In this document: positions 62,591-64,000 of the stretch, one piece after another
How the letters are laid out: each line of letters opens with the position of its first letter
How positions within the stretch are numbered: the stretch's first letter is position 1
Assembly: GCA_963666565.1 (NCBI GenBank)
Contig: OY762911.1
Coordinates: 3,232,001-3,296,000 of the forward strand
Source: Thermoanaerobaculia bacterium
GTDB lineage: Bacteria; Acidobacteriota; Thermoanaerobaculia; Multivoradales; Multivoraceae
Length of the DNA: 64,000 nt
Direction: 5' to 3'
Notes under the pieces: model-generated
The model's database searches: none
What the model was told of the DNA's origin: nothing
Seen by the model: only the letters and a program-made list of their open reading frames with translations
Program-made: the position numbers and the translations under genes

Positions 62591-63703
62591 ATGACCGAAC
62601 GAAACCGCAGGGACTTCCTGGGCACGGCCGCTCTGGCCGGCGCCGGCGCCGTCGCCGCCTGCGGCGGGGCGGCAACGACCTCCGAGGGCGCTCCGGGCGT
62701 CGTCGCGAGGCCGCGCCTGACCTGGCGCCTGGCCTCCAGCTTCCCGCGCGGCCTGGACACCATCTTCGGCGCCTCGGAGGTCTTCGCCAGCCGGGTCGAG
62801 AGCCTGACCGAGGGCCGATTCCGGGTACGGCCCTACCCCGCCGGCGAGCTGGTCCCGGCCCTGGGCGTGCTCGACGCCGTCCAGCAAGGCACGATCGAAC
62901 TCGGCCACAGCGCGACCTACTACTACACCGGCAAGAACCCGGCGCTCGCCTTCGACACGGCGATGCCGTTCGGCCTGATGGCGCGCCAGCAGAACGCCTG
63001 GCTCTACCACGGCGGCGGCCTGGAACTGATGCGCGAGGTGTTCGCCGACTTCGACATCGTCAACTTCCCCTGCGGCAACACCGGCTGCCAGATGGGCGGC
63101 TGGTTCCGCCGCGAGGTGAACACGCTGGCCGAACTGCGCGGCATCAAGATGCGGATTCCCGGTCTCGGCGCCGAGGTTCTGAGCCGCCTCGGCGTCACCG
63201 TGCAGACCATCCCCGGCGGCGAGATCTACCCCGCGCTCGAGCGCGGCGTGGTCGACGCGGCCGAGTGGATCGGCCCCTACGACGACCTGAAGCTCGGCTT
63301 CCACCGGGTGGCGAAGAACTACTACTACCCCGGCTGGTGGGAGCCGGGGCCGACTCTGTCGCTCTACGTCAACCGCACCGCCTGGGACTCGCTTCCCGCC
63401 GAGTACCAGGCCGTCGTCGCCGCCGCCGCGGCCGAGACGAACATCGACATGACCGCCCGCTACGACGCCCAGAACCCGGGCGCCATGCAGGCCCTGGTAG
63501 AGGAAGGCGTCTCGCTGCGGCCGTTCTCGGACGAGATCATGACCGGCTGCCGCGACACCGCCTTCGAGCTGATGCACGAGAACGCCGCGGCCGACCCCGG
63601 CTACCGAAAGATCTTCGAGTCCTGGAACGAGGCCCGCGAGTCCTACTTCCGCTGGTTCAGCGCGGCGGAACAGACGTACGCCCGGTTCTCCTTCGGCGGT
63701 TGA
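62591..63703 (+). CDS. TRAP transporter substrate-binding protein (DctP/TakP-like), Tat signal
   Basis: NRRDFL, GNTGCQMGGWF, KMRIPG, EWIGPYDD, YYPGWWE. Confidence 0.92.
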   Translation: MTERNRRDFLGTAALAGAGAVAACGGAATTSEGAPGVVARPRLTWRLASSFPRGLDTIFGASEVFASRVESLTEGRFRVRPYPAGELVPALGVLDAVQQGTIELGHSATYYYTGKNPALAFDTAMPFGLMARQQNAWLYHGGGLELMREVFADFDIVNFPCGNTGCQMGGWFRREVNTLAELRGIKMRIPGLGAEVLSRLGVTVQTIPGGEIYPALERGVVDAAEWIGPYDDLKLGFHRVAKNYYYPGWWEPGPTLSLYVNRTAWDSLPAEYQAVVAAAAAETNIDMTARYDAQNPGAMQALVEEGVSLRPFSDEIMTGCRDTAFELMHENAAADPGYRKIFESWNEARESYFRWFSAAEQTYARFSFGG

Positions 63704-63782
63704 TCAGTAGGCCGCCGGTTGGGCTGGCACACTGACCATGACACCGCGATTCGCCACGGAGTAACATCCCGCCAACCAAAGT

Positions 63783-64000
63783 GGCTCTTCAGGGTTTCGA
63801 GTGGAACGTGAGCGAATCGGGGTAGAGGTTCAGGCCGCCGAGATGGAAGTAGATGGCGTCGCGGAACCGGTCCCGATTCCGGTAGCCGCGGGCGGACTTC
63901 TTGAGCGACTGGATGACCGAGTTGATGCCTTCGAGGCGCGCGTTGGTGACGCCCCGCTCGATCGCGTTCAGCACGCCGTCGAGATGAGCCTTGATCATGC
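63783..64000 (-). mobile_element. ISL3 family insertion sequence, 3' end of transposase and terminal repeat (partial)
   Basis: TNARLEGINSVIQSLKKSARGYRN..F..AIYFHLG; GGCTCT terminus at 63783 just past the stop codon. Confidence 0.88.

Overview
Very GC-rich bacterial chromosome segment. Gene content (cohesin-type lipoprotein, FecR/DUF6600-like protein, NtrY-like kinase, TPR-ispE-tRNA-Gln-prs-rplY-pth block) suggests a diderm, possibly Acidobacteriota; this is inference only. It is mostly housekeeping: dnaB-alr, feoAB, cysS, def, lspA-rluD, recG-GT4-scpAB-rluB-cmk, rnpB, uvrBC, PBP1A, rpsF-rpsR-rplI, hppA, ssb, mutS, tsaB, psd-pssA-trxB, five tRNAs, and an ISL3 end at the right edge. The best candidate for an undescribed system is at 7.6-8.7 kb. 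Two paralogous small genes there encode double-glycine-leader peptides with an identical Cys/His scaffold (PC-x4-C-x-C-x7-CTC-x2-H-x-H). They lie between a 92-bp tandem array built from the 3' half of tRNA-Leu and the feoAB operon, about 7 kb from a decayed NHLM-type peptide exporter. Other oddities: a REP-like palindrome family that has entered ispE in frame and abuts a sigma-54 promoter, a second family of structured intergenic elements, a CTAG-bounded 105-bp tandem element, two probable CTG starts and a frameshifted recG. Most long ORFs in the supplied track are GC-rich shadow frames. All family calls come from motif recognition by eye, not database searches.
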